Of a stretch of DNA of 64,000 bases, positions 51,163 through 60,934 are shown in pieces. The notes under the pieces were generated by a model. It had not been told where the DNA came from, did not search any database, and was given only the letters and a program-made list of their open reading frames with translations. This stretch comes from an uncultured Planctomycetota bacterium (lineage in GTDB: Bacteria > Planctomycetota > Planctomycetia > Pirellulales > Lacipirellulaceae): the NCBI GenBank assembly GCA_963719315.1, contig CAVRBU010000002.1:2089762-2153761 (forward strand), given 5' to 3'. The translations under genes were made by a program, and so were the position numbers. Each line of letters opens with the position of its first letter. The first letter of the stretch is position 1.

Positions 51163-52488
51163 CTACTGCTGCCGCATCTGCGTTGATAAGCCATATTCAA
51201 GGGGACCGAACTCATGCGTTGCCTCGGCGAAGAAGGCGACGTGCCCGGATGCCGGCTTCGGCACGTGTGCGACGTACGCACCGTCGCTGTTCGCGGTAAT
51301 GGGCGTCGCGTCCCAGTGAGCGGGCCGAAAGTCTTTGTCCTCGGAATGTGCCGTCCACAGCCGCACCGCCTTCGGCGCCGGCGTGGAATGGACGACAAGA
51401 CGCATCTGGTCGCCATCGTCGTCGTGCTTCCAGGAGACATTCGGCAAAGGCTCCTGCATGGCAACGTGCTGGGCAAAAACGGCGAGTGTCGTCAGCGCAT
51501 TCTCCTTTCCACCGTCGAGACTGTGTCCCGCGTTCGGTACATACAGTACATGCTTTTCTCCCGAGAGGTCGTCCCAATATAAGTTCATCGCGTCGATCAC
51601 CCAGTAGCGGTCATTGGTCCCATTGATGAGTAGCTTCGGCAACGTCAATTGACTTCGATACGTATACGGATCGACCCACTGCCAAAGCGGAACATCAGGC
51701 TGCTTTTGCATGACTTCGACGAGGCCCTTTAGGGTGTAATCGGCGATTTGCTCGCTGTAACGCCCCCACGTTTCTTTCTGGTGCTTCATTTGCGGGCGCA
51801 TATTCAGCGTGTCGATCACAATCGGCGCGATGCCGGCGACGCGGTCGTCCGCGACTGCGGTCAGCCAGGTTGTCCAGCCGCGCTTCGAGCCGCCAGTAAC
51901 GACAAAGCGATTAATCCTTTGGTCATGTTTCTGGAGAGCGACTTCCTGCAATGCGTCCATCGCTCGGACCGCGCTCTTGACCATCGGAAAGAGCAACGGC
52001 CACGTGGCGTCCTTGGTCTCGAGATAGCGGAGAAACGTCTCGCTGATCAAGTCGTCTTCTTTGCGATCACCCAGCAGCGGCTGGTTCGGAACTTGGCTCA
52101 GAAACGCCACTGGCATTTGCGCGGCGTTGGCCAAACGCCGACCCATCGCCCGATCATCGTCGCCAAGTTTGCCGCCGGTGCTTCCGCCCATGATGAAGAG
52201 CAGAACCGTGTCCCTGTGTCGGATATTATTGGTGGGGACGAACACGGTCAGCGCGTGCTTCCAGGTGATTCTCTGCCACACTTGCGACGTGAGGTCGATG
52301 TCGTACGTCAGAAAGTCATCAGTGCTGTCGTTCTTGAGCAACTTCCACGCAAATGAATCGTCTTTAGCGGCGACGTAATCCTGCAGGGCGGTGGGGACCC
52401 CGGCAGCGGCGGGCTTCTTCGCTTCCGCGACAGGGAGGTAACTGGCCAAAGCCAAGAACGCGATCAAATGGATGGCTAAGGTACGCAT
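51163..52488 (-). CDS. PqaA-type (PhoPQ-activated pathogenicity-related) alpha/beta hydrolase-like exported protein
   Basis: LTSQVW...W.H, QVPNQP, PMVKSAVRAMD, GGSKRGWTTWL, VPNAGH. Confidence 0.88.
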   Translation of the reverse strand: MRTLAIHLIAFLALASYLPVAEAKKPAAAGVPTALQDYVAAKDDSFAWKLLKNDSTDDFLTYDIDLTSQVWQRITWKHALTVFVPTNNIRHRDTVLLFIMGGSTGGKLGDDDRAMGRRLANAAQMPVAFLSQVPNQPLLGDRKEDDLISETFLRYLETKDATWPLLFPMVKSAVRAMDALQEVALQKHDQRINRFVVTGGSKRGWTTWLTAVADDRVAGIAPIVIDTLNMRPQMKHQKETWGRYSEQIADYTLKGLVEVMQKQPDVPLWQWVDPYTYRSQLTLPKLLINGTNDRYWVIDAMNLYWDDLSGEKHVLYVPNAGHSLDGGKENALTTLAVFAQHVAMQEPLPNVSWKHDDDGDQMRLVVHSTPAPKAVRLWTAHSEDKDFRPAHWDATPITANSDGAYVAHVPKPASGHVAFFAEATHEFGPLEYGLSTQMRQQ

Positions 52489-52560
52489 GACGTTAAGCTC
52501 CAGGAAAAAACGGCGCTGATTTGCGGCAAAAACAGTTAATTGAGTCTGTCAGCAGAGTAT

Positions 52561-52872
52561 CTATTTAGGGGGACTGGCACCGGTTGCTGCCCGTATTTTC
52601 TCGACCGCTTCTTTGGCTCGCTCGCGAACTTTCGGTTCCGGGTCGTCCTTGGCCAGTCGCTCAAGTTCGGGAAGTGCGTCGGCCGCTTTGGCGCCCATTT
52701 CACCGAGCTGAGCGGCTGCAAGTCCGCGAGCTCGCTGGTCCGATTGTTTTAGAGCATTGATTTTGGCCTGTGGATCGAGCCAGGGCGTTTTTGATGGATC
52801 GGTTTCCACGGGCGCGGATTTTCCGCACCCCAGACAACAAAGGGCGGCGAGCGCCCACGCAGCGACCGACAT
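52561..52872 (-). CDS. Small HEAT-repeat lipoprotein; start uncertain
   Basis: Lipobox-like LGC; R..AA..LGEMG..A..ALP.L..L..D....VRERA.EA. Confidence 0.7.
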   Translation of the reverse strand: MSVAAWALAALCCLGCGKSAPVETDPSKTPWLDPQAKINALKQSDQRARGLAAAQLGEMGAKAADALPELERLAKDDPEPKVRERAKEAVEKIRAATGASPPK

Positions 52873-53000
52873 GCCAACGAACCGCTGCCAAAGGCAAGGT
52901 CTCCACAACGACCGTGGACAATACCGATGCAACAAAGAGCACGCCTTCCTGAAGACTGTTTGAGCGCTAGTTGAAGCCGGAGTAATTAGCGGGTTCAATA

Positions 53001-54107
53001 CTAATCGCTATTGATGTCGCCACCGGCAATGGTCGACCGGGCCCGATACGCCGTCATATCGATGGTTTCATTGAGGAACGTTACGGAGCCGTCGGCCATG
53101 ACAAAGTTGCAGCCGCCGGGGTGGTCGCTGCGGTAATTGCTCACCGAGTGCTGGCCGCCCTCGTAGCTGGCGGCGCAATAGTGTGTCCCGCCCGTGGCGC
53201 TGAGAAACTTTCCGTAATCCGACGTGTACTGGCCCATGCTGAGGAATGTATCCGTGACCGGATTCTTGTTCATCCGTTCGATTGTACATGCGTACAAGCT
53301 CGACTTAGGCCCGAGCAGCGGAAGATATGATGTGCTGTTTGGCTCTCCGATTATCCAACCGATTGTGGCGATCGTCGGGACGCCACTGGGATCGGGCGCT
53401 ATCGTGTTGCAATTCGACAAATGGCAAACCTGCCATTTGGGATCGCCACTCGCATCACCCACAGCGATGGTCTTGCTCGTCCCATCGGTGATTTGGCGAA
53501 TCGAGGCTCCCCAGGCAACCATGAAGATTCCCTGCTGTTCTTTCTTCACGCGGCCCGCCTTCACCCCCAATCCATCTCGCTGCGCACAAAAGGCATCGGT
53601 GTAGCCCGTGCAGTATGCGTACTCGGTAATTCCATAGCGGTTGTTGGGTTTGGACCAATTCGGATCCATCAGTGGATCATAAAGAGGATTAGGGGCCCCA
53701 GAGGATGGGCACTTGAAAATCGAAATGGGCGTTTCGGCGACTCCAGGCAACTGACTTTCCCACGGTTTATTGGGATTATAGATGCTGTGGAGCGATGATT
53801 CCTCAAAATACGGCAACAGGCTGGCGTTGGCATTGGTATAGACCTGCGTGGGCGACAACAATACTGCTCCCATCGGAAAGGCTTTGTTGCTCGAGTGATA
53901 GTTTTGCAGCGCTATGCCAAACTGTTTCAGGTTGTTGATGCACTGCGCTCGGCGTGCCGCCTCACGGGCTGCCTGAACTGCCGGCAGCAATAGCGCGACG
54001 AGGATGCCGATGATGGCGATCACGACCAAGAGCTCGACGAGCGTAAAGCCCTGCGGCGTATGGCGATTGACCATTTCCGACTTCCATTTTTCGGATGTGG
54101 ATTCCAT
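53001..54107 (-). CDS. DUF1559 prepilin-type N-terminal cleavage/methylation protein
   Basis: [56 protein letters not shown]. Confidence 0.95.
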   Translation of the reverse strand: MESTSEKWKSEMVNRHTPQGFTLVELLVVIAIIGILVALLLPAVQAAREAARRAQCINNLKQFGIALQNYHSSNKAFPMGAVLLSPTQVYTNANASLLPYFEESSLHSIYNPNKPWESQLPGVAETPISIFKCPSSGAPNPLYDPLMDPNWSKPNNRYGITEYAYCTGYTDAFCAQRDGLGVKAGRVKKEQQGIFMVAWGASIRQITDGTSKTIAVGDASGDPKWQVCHLSNCNTIAPDPSGVPTIATIGWIIGEPNSTSYLPLLGPKSSLYACTIERMNKNPVTDTFLSMGQYTSDYGKFLSATGGTHYCAASYEGGQHSVSNYRSDHPGGCNFVMADGSVTFLNETIDMTAYRARSTIAGGDINSD

Positions 54108-54285
54108 GAAACACCCACATTAGATAAGAAACCACCTACGTTGCCGTCCCCAGCGACTGGATCAGTCCATGCTATACCGATGTCCGCTATCTCGGCAATT
54201 CAGATTGCGCCAATATTCCGATCCATCCGCCGCTTAAGCGGGCATCAAGGCTTGTTCCGGTTTCGTTAGGACTGTGTTGTCCGGC

Positions 54286-55497
54286 TCAACGGTTTCCGCG
54301 GCGGCGGGTACAGCACGACCATGCCATTCCCAGCAATGCGAGCAGAACACTAGTTGGCTCGGGCACAGCACCGCCGCTTCCCACTCCACTGCCGGGAGGA
54401 GACGCGGCAGCAACGTTGCCAAACCTGGCCCGCCAGAAATTAAAGTCTGCCTGATTGATGACCTGGCTGAATTCGCCGGCCGTTACGTCGCCGTTGGCGC
54501 GCATATCGGCAAACGAGGTTGGCGGGTTCGCGGTCGGCCCCGCATTCCCCAAAGTTTTGCGCCACAAGACGTAGTCGGCCGCATCGACTACGTTGTTTTG
54601 GTTATAGTCACCAGCCACGGCCGATTCCGTCCGGAAGTTGTCAATCGTGACATTGCCGTCCGATAGAAAGACGTGGCCGACAGCGTAAACCCCAGAGTAT
54701 CCGTCCGTGTAGGGGACAAACGGTATTTCAGGAGTGGTATTATCGCCGTCGTGGTCAATATTGCCGACCGGCTCAACATCCAAATTGCGGAATTGCTCGG
54801 CGACGATCACTCCACCGTCAGTAAGGTTCAGCACTTTTCCATGTAACACATTTCCAATGACCTCGAAAATGAATCGATAGTCCTTCGTGTTGTCGAGCAA
54901 TGGAACGCTGATGGCGCCTTTCTGCGAACGCAGGTCTTTCAAGCCGTCCCCATAAACGAGATTCAAAACCATTTCTCCATTACCGCCGGCGGCACTGGAT
55001 TCGTACTGATACGAGTAGCCGCGCAGCGGCAGGCCAACCCCAGGAGAAGGCAAGCTGTTGTCGCCATTCAGCCGAGCCGCGATGGCAAACCAAGATCCTT
55101 GTGGACCGGTATTCGGAAAATCGACGATATCTGCCGTGACCCGGACGTCCTCGAATATCGGACCCGTATAACTGCCGCCAAAGCCGTAGCCCTCGACGCC
55201 GGCAACTTCACTATTGCCAGGTGCAACGATTTGATACTGGCCGGTTGACGCGTCCCAAATCTGATCCGTGGAACCGACGTTGTTATTCAAGTGCGTCCAG
55301 GCCGGATTCGCAGTGTCGTCCAAGTCGGAAAAGTCGTCCGCCGTGAAATACGCCCGAGCGGTCGACGCTACGCCGACCACCAGAAGTATGACGGCAGCGG
55401 CGACCACTTCGAGTCCCGCCGCTCGCCGTAGTTCCCATCGAGAATGAGCCCTACCCAACAACTCGAATTGCTTCCCGCACAGAGACACTGAAATCAT
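54286..55497 (-). CDS. PEP-CTERM protein with a dockerin-like segment
   Basis: GDYNQNNVVDAADYVLWRK; VPEP, hydrophobic helix, RRR. Confidence 0.85.
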   Translation of the reverse strand: MISVSLCGKQFELLGRAHSRWELRRAAGLEVVAAAVILLVVGVASTARAYFTADDFSDLDDTANPAWTHLNNNVGSTDQIWDASTGQYQIVAPGNSEVAGVEGYGFGGSYTGPIFEDVRVTADIVDFPNTGPQGSWFAIAARLNGDNSLPSPGVGLPLRGYSYQYESSAAGGNGEMVLNLVYGDGLKDLRSQKGAISVPLLDNTKDYRFIFEVIGNVLHGKVLNLTDGGVIVAEQFRNLDVEPVGNIDHDGDNTTPEIPFVPYTDGYSGVYAVGHVFLSDGNVTIDNFRTESAVAGDYNQNNVVDAADYVLWRKTLGNAGPTANPPTSFADMRANGDVTAGEFSQVINQADFNFWRARFGNVAAASPPGSGVGSGGAVPEPTSVLLALLGMAWSCCTRRRGNR

Positions 55498-55623
55498 CGC
55501 CCGTTCCTCTAGCAATGGGATAAGGGTAAAAGGTGGGGTCCGGGTCTCACCTCATGAGCGTCCCGCAGACCCCACCTTTGTTCAATTTACCGAATCGTAG
55601 CACAAGATCCAGTATATTCGCAG

Positions 55624-56380
55624 CTACCTTCTGCGGCAGCGAACCAATCCGATCGCCCCAACTCCGAGCACCAGCAGTGCGCAGGCTTGCCGGTTCGGGG
55701 ACTGAACTGAAGTTGTCCCACGTAACGTTAACGGGCGGTGCGGGATTCTGGCTGTACGCGATGAAGCCCGAAAACCCGCTGGCGTACGTTGCATCGACAG
55801 CGAACTTTTCCGCCACCAGACCGCCGCCAATTTCATACGCTCGCCCGTGCAAATTGCTTCCCCACACATCCAAGACGAACGTGTAATCCTTGTTGGGATC
55901 CAAAGTGACCTGTTGCGACCCAATATCGGTGATGCTCACGCCGGGATTAATCCGATACAGCACAATCTCCCCTGCTCCAGACGCGGCGAACGGTTCATAG
56001 GCATATGCATAACCCGACAACTGACCAGTACCGTTGAGCCCGTTCAAACGGGCAGCCACGCCAAATACTGCACCGGCCGTCGGACCAACGAAACTAACAA
56101 CGTCAGCCGACACGCTAACATTGGTCTCCGACGGACCAGCGTAGCTGCCAATGAAGCCCAACGCCGAAACGCCATTGTTGGGGGCTGTCATGTGATACTC
56201 ACCAGTCGAGGCATCCCAAACCTGGCCCGTCGAATTGACGTAACCGCTAAGATGAGACCACGTCGGATTGACGGTATCGTTCAGATCTGAAAAGTCATCG
56301 AAGATCGCGTTGGCACGGGGCACATTTATCATCAGCAGCGCCGCGACGACGCAAGCTACACTCATCAAGATGTTCTTCAT
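55624..56380 (-). CDS. PEP-CTERM protein, paralogue of the downstream gene (frameshift near 55685)
   Basis: Signal peptide; DDFSDLNDTVNPTWSHL; VPEPAS followed by CALLVLGVGAIGLVRCRRR in the adjacent frame. Confidence 0.85.
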
Positions 56381-56619
56381 TAGCCAATCTCCCAAGTAAA
56401 AATCGGCGAGTGGGAAAAGTACAATTGGGGCCGCGTCGCTTTACGCCCTCATGGCGGCGCGGTCGCGCAGACTCCCGGCGAGGGCGAACCGTCCCTCAAC
56501 CACAACTTGCAGCATATAATGCCACGCACATCTTTCCCAGCATTTTTCTAAAAATTTTCGAGAAAAACCGAATGGGGGAATCCCGCCGGGGCAGCCTCCA
56601 GCTCGCGAAAGGAAAGAGA

Positions 56620-57366
56620 GCTCCCAGGACATTGAACCGCTGGCGGCCCGCACGAAGATTCGCGTGAACGACCACAAGCAGCACAGGAACGTCCCGTACA
56701 CAAAGTGGGCCGCATCGACGAAGAAGACGTGTCCCCGCCCTCGGGCGGCGGCGTCGAGGCGGGGCTTCAGTTCGAACGTCGTGAAACAGGGCCTGCGCGG
56801 CGACATGCTGGGCCAAGTTTTTTTGGGCGGCACGGGGAGCGCCCGGACCCGCTGCCACTTGAGTCCCATGTCTTTCAGGAACTTGCGAGTTTGCGACAGT
56901 CCCCGCCGCAGGCCGGTCAGTTGGTAAATGCGTTCGCAGGCTTCCGCGGTCGTGCGGACCGGCTGGTTCTCGAACAACGCGCGGATCACGTCGCGATAGG
57001 CGGCCAAGTCGCTCACGGGCCCTTGCACATTCCACCGCCGCAGACCCTCCAACCCGCCATCACGATAGGCCGCAACGTACCGCCCGACGGTCGCCACTCC
57101 GACCCCCGCCAATTTCGCCGCCTGGGATCGCTTCAAACCACACTGCAGCGACCACAACACCAGCATCTTGCGGCGGACATGCGACTCCGGATGAGACTCC
57201 CGCTCGGCCGCGACAATTCGCTGTTCCTCTTCCGTCAATCGGACTCGAAACCAAGCCATGACAGCCCTCCTTGCCAGCAACACGCCATCCTCCTCGATGG
57301 CGACATAAGGGCCTTGTACAACAAATCAGCTACTCGGGAACAGATCATTTATCCCCACGCAGGGTA
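56620..57366 (-). mobile_element. Partial IS630 copy (left end and 5' two-thirds), inverted relative to the 6.1 kb copy
   Basis: Near-identical to 6151-6906; left end followed by TA at 57367-57368; 10-bp internal deletion; lacks the 3' part of the DDE domain and the right end. Confidence 0.92.
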
Positions 57367-57759
57367 TAGCTTGTAAACACCTGCGACTCATCAACAACCG
57401 ACCGTTTTCTCGGAACGGGGAAACTCTCAGTAGAACCAAACCAGACGGGTGCTCATTGCCGCCCCTCTGGACTCCCTGGCTAGTCTCTTCTCGTGGGTTT
57501 AAAGCCAAAGCGGCCGCTGATGGCTGCGCAATGCCAATACCGGGGCTCGTATTTGACTGCTAACGCGTTCAAACAGGTCCGCCCGACTCCAATGCCTGCT
57601 CAACGGGATCAAGTCTCTATCCAACGAGCTCCCGCCGCTTCGGGGTCGCCCTGCGAGAAAGATGTTTCTAATGGTTTAGTTTCGCTCGAAATCCGCTTGC
57701 CCAGTTAACCGATATTATGACAGAAAAGGACAGAAAAGGGGACAGAAAAGGGGTCAGAA

Positions 57760-58753
57760 CTGCTCAGTAGAAAACGTCTGAATGCTAGCTAAACATCGGT
57801 GTGTGTTGGTTCGTATGACGGTGGATGAAGACGAGCAAGAGTCCGAAGCGCGTGTTGGTCGAGGCACTGGCCGTGGCCCAGGCTTCGCTGCCGCGGTACT
57901 CGCATCGGTTCAGCCCACGGGTCTTCACGCAGCATCAACTGTTTGCCTGTCTGGTGCTCAAGGATTTTTACAACCTGACCTATCGGGGCACCGTTGGCCT
58001 GTTGGCGGACAGCGATTCGCTGTGCGAAGCGATCGGCCTGGAAAAGGTGCCCCACTTCACGACGCTGCAAAAGTCGGCCGATCGGTTGTTGGTGAAGAAG
58101 TCGTTTCAACGGCTGATCACGGCCACGGTCCAGCGGGCACGGAAGGCCAAGCTGCTCCGCCGCTCCGTGCGATTGGCAGCCATCGACACCAGCGGCTTCG
58201 AAGCGCGGCACACCAGTCGCTACTATGCCTGGCGTCGAAAAAAGGTGGGAAAACACGGACGAACATGCACCGTCTCCTATCGCCGCTACCCCAAGCTGGG
58301 CGTGGTCTGCGACACGACGAGTCATTTCTGCCTGGCGGCCCGGGCTAGCCAGGGACCGCGGCCCGACTTCGGCGATTTCCGCCCGCTCGTCGTCGAAGCG
58401 CAGGCTCGCACCGGAGTGAAGGCGGTCGCGGCGGACGCCGGCTTCGACAGCGAAGCCAACCACGTGTTGGCCCGCGACGAACTGGGGATTCAGTCCCTGA
58501 TCCCCGCCGAGCACGGCCGACCGCCGGCCGGGGAACCCGTGGGCCGCTATCGAAAGCAGATGAAACGTCATTTGCACGAAAGTCGTTATGGACAACGTTG
58601 GCAGGTGGAAACCGTCTACTCGATGATCAAACGTCTCTCGGGAGAAGTCGTCAACGCCCGCACCCACTGGCGCCGCTGCCGACTCCTGCTCCTCAAAACA
58701 CTCACTCACAACATCTCGATTCTCAGACAACACCTAGGTTTTCTACTGAGCAG
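57760..58753 (+). mobile_element. IS5/IS4-type insertion sequence (~1 kb)
   Basis: Perfect 16-bp TIR CTGCTCAGTAGAAAAC; direct repeat GTCAGAA at 57753-57759 and 58754-58760. Confidence 0.92.
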
Positions 58754-58772
58754 GTCAGAACTATTTAATTGA
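57825..58772 (+). CDS. DDE transposase
   Basis: AIDTSGF, AADAGFDSE, YGQRWQVETVYSMIKR (YREK-type motif). Confidence 0.9.
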   Translation: MKTSKSPKRVLVEALAVAQASLPRYSHRFSPRVFTQHQLFACLVLKDFYNLTYRGTVGLLADSDSLCEAIGLEKVPHFTTLQKSADRLLVKKSFQRLITATVQRARKAKLLRRSVRLAAIDTSGFEARHTSRYYAWRRKKVGKHGRTCTVSYRRYPKLGVVCDTTSHFCLAARASQGPRPDFGDFRPLVVEAQARTGVKAVAADAGFDSEANHVLARDELGIQSLIPAEHGRPPAGEPVGRYRKQMKRHLHESRYGQRWQVETVYSMIKRLSGEVVNARTHWRRCRLLLLKTLTHNISILRQHLGFLLSRSELFN

Positions 58773-60036
58773 CAAGTGATAAAAGGTGCCAGGAGCGTAT
58801 GCGAAGCGGCAGTATGAGAATTGCAACTATGTAGAGCATCCAACTTGCCGGTTCCGGCAGGGCTGCTGTAGACGACGAACCAATCCGCGTACCCGCGCCG
58901 CTGCCGGGTGCGCCGAAATTGCTTCGCCACAGAGTGTACGCTTGCGGTGTGCCAATGCTTTTGCGCCAGACCACGTAGTCGGCCGCATCGACGGCGCCGT
59001 TGTTGTTGAAGTCGCCGGGCAGAGAGACAAACCACGGTTGGGTGAACTCGGAGTTCGAGAAGAAATCCATCAGCATCGAGCCGACCTTGGCTTCGCCCGA
59101 TTGCGAGGGATGTGTCCCATCATTGACAAAATCGCCGACTTCCCAGATAAGGCCGTCGCTGCGCAGGATTCAGCCCGTCGGCCCACATGTACGGCCCCCA
59201 CGCCATCCACGGAACAACGCCGCTGTCGTAGTCCAAGTCTCCGGCCAGCGGATCGATCCCGCCGCCGTTCATTTGGTTGATCTGGGCCTGGATCAGCCAC
59301 TTCACGGCATACGCCGTTTCGTAGGCATACGGCTCAGGATTTTGGGCAGTGGTCGCATAGCCCCCATACGTCCGGCTGGAGAAGAACACCTGTTGAAGGT
59401 TTGGATAGCGCGTTTTGAGCGACCGCACGACATCGCCCAAGCCCTGCACGATTTGATACGCGTCGGCCTGCGGGTCGGGCAATGAAACGGTTGGATGTGC
59501 GATAGCGGCATCCACCCAAGCCGCCTGAATCTGCTTCTCGCTCAGTCCGTTGGGCGTGAGCCACTCGCCAATGATGCGGTCGTAGTTCGGGTCGGTCGGC
59601 TGGTCCCAATTCGGAATGTCTTGCCCGCCCTTGGCGCCGTTGACGATCGCCAACGTCGAGTGATTAACGTCCGGGTTCGCGGCCGCTTGGCCCATGAACG
59701 TCCACGGGTTGCACGGCGGGGCGCTGTTTTGCGAGCAGAACTCCTGGGTGGAGTTGGAGTAGCCGATGGAAATCAAACCGTACTTGCCGCTCGGGTCGGG
59801 CTCACCCGCCGTGTCGAGCGGCTCGATCGCCGCGACCCGCACAAGCCTGCCGCCGCGTGAGTGGCGGGCACCACATTCGAGCCGTTCGGATAGAGCCCGC
59901 CCTGGAATTGATTGAGGTACAGCCCCGTGCCCAGATCGTTGATCGGGATTTTTGGCGGCGGCGTCTGGCCGAGGCTGTTGGACGTGGGCAACGCGAGCAA
60001 AAGGACGAAGCTGCAGACCAACGATTCTCGCGACAT
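58765..60036 (-). CDS. Exported PEP-CTERM-like protein with a putative hydrolase domain and dockerin-like segment (at least two frameshifts)
   Basis: Signal peptide plus GGLYPNGSN; ISIGYSNSTQEF, VNGAKGG, WGPYMWADG; GDFNNNGAVDAADYVVWRK and LPEP spread over three frames. Confidence 0.65.
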
Positions 60037-60221
60037 GGTCGCATCCGAGCGCTGTGTGAAGTGATGGTCTCCCTCACTATACACAAACTGCGCAACGACC
60101 AATTCGTATCGCTGAAAATTATCGGAAATGCCAACAAAGAAGGCCGCCGGGGGGTCAGGCCTCTGTACATATGTTCACTACACGTGAGGTGTTGCTCTGA
60201 CGGCCGTGCTGCACGGTGAGA

Positions 60222-60638
60222 TTAGACAGACGGTGCCCCCGTCCCCTTCTCGTCGGCAGCAAGCAAGGCAAGAGGGGAGCAAGAAGAGAGCGGGGGATTC
60301 GGCCAGACTTCGTGCACTACTGGCTCTGACTTATATTCCGTGTTCGGTACTGAGGCGTCCATCAATGCCGCCGTTTCTGCTGGACTCAGTATGCGAGTTG
60401 TACCTTCGTGCCCTACGGGCAAGGCGTACGTTTCCGCAAGCTCGTCGGCCTGGTTCATGCGTTCGAGGCCAGCCAGGATTTCTGCCGCTCTAGTCCTGTC
60501 TCGTGGCGAGCCGGTTTGCAGCAGCTCGCGCATCTCGGCAATCAACTCGTCCTTCACTTCGTCGCTTAGTGCCCATCGGCGGCGTACTGCAAGTTGTTGG
60601 ATAGCCAGGGTTCCGTGTGGGTTAGGTGTTCCGCTCAT
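60222..60638 (-). CDS. Hypothetical phage-like protein (138 aa)
   Basis: ORF co-oriented with and downstream of the primase/helicase module; helical charged sequence. Confidence 0.55.
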   Translation of the reverse strand: MSGTPNPHGTLAIQQLAVRRRWALSDEVKDELIAEMRELLQTGSPRDRTRAAEILAGLERMNQADELAETYALPVGHEGTTRILSPAETAALMDASVPNTEYKSEPVVHEVWPNPPLSSCSPLALLAADEKGTGAPSV

Positions 60639-60726
60639 ACACTATTTTCAATGCCGAGTGCGCCAATCGTGATTGGCGGAAGTTATGCCAGTTCGTTTCA
60701 TCGCTTTGCAGCTTCCTTTTGCCTGC

Positions 60727-60923
60727 CGCCCAACACGCCCAATAGTAAAAGCACAACTTCTTTACGATTATCTTCCTTCTTCCCCCGCGAAAATCTCTTT
60801 TTACTATTGGGCGTGTTGGGCGAAACTATACTTTCCGGAGTCTGCAGGAGTTTCGACCCCTGGGCGACTATTGGGCGACCCCTGGGCGTTGGCTTGCCCC
60901 CGCCCAACGCGCCCAATAGTCGC
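60727..60923. repeat. Iteron-like repeat block, candidate replication origin
   Basis: Perfect 24-bp inverted repeat 60727-60750 / 60799-60822; multiple CGCCCAA cores in both orientations; AT-rich spacer. Confidence 0.75.
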
Positions 60924-60934
60924 GACCAACTTTT

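Noticed and set aside
54286..59076. Repeated ccacgtagtcggccgcatcgac-like DNA as a diversity-generating retroelement TR/VR pair
   Set aside because: It encodes the shared VDAADYV.WRK dockerin-like motif; no reverse transcriptase and no adenine-specific mismatch pattern seen.
60040..60220. tRNA or att site at the left edge of the phage-like element
   Set aside because: No tRNA cloverleaf or repeated att core recognisable within the window.
60698..60916. 72-aa ORF over the iteron block
   Set aside because: Sequence is dominated by the repeats; it could be a frameshifted helicase tail but has no independent support.
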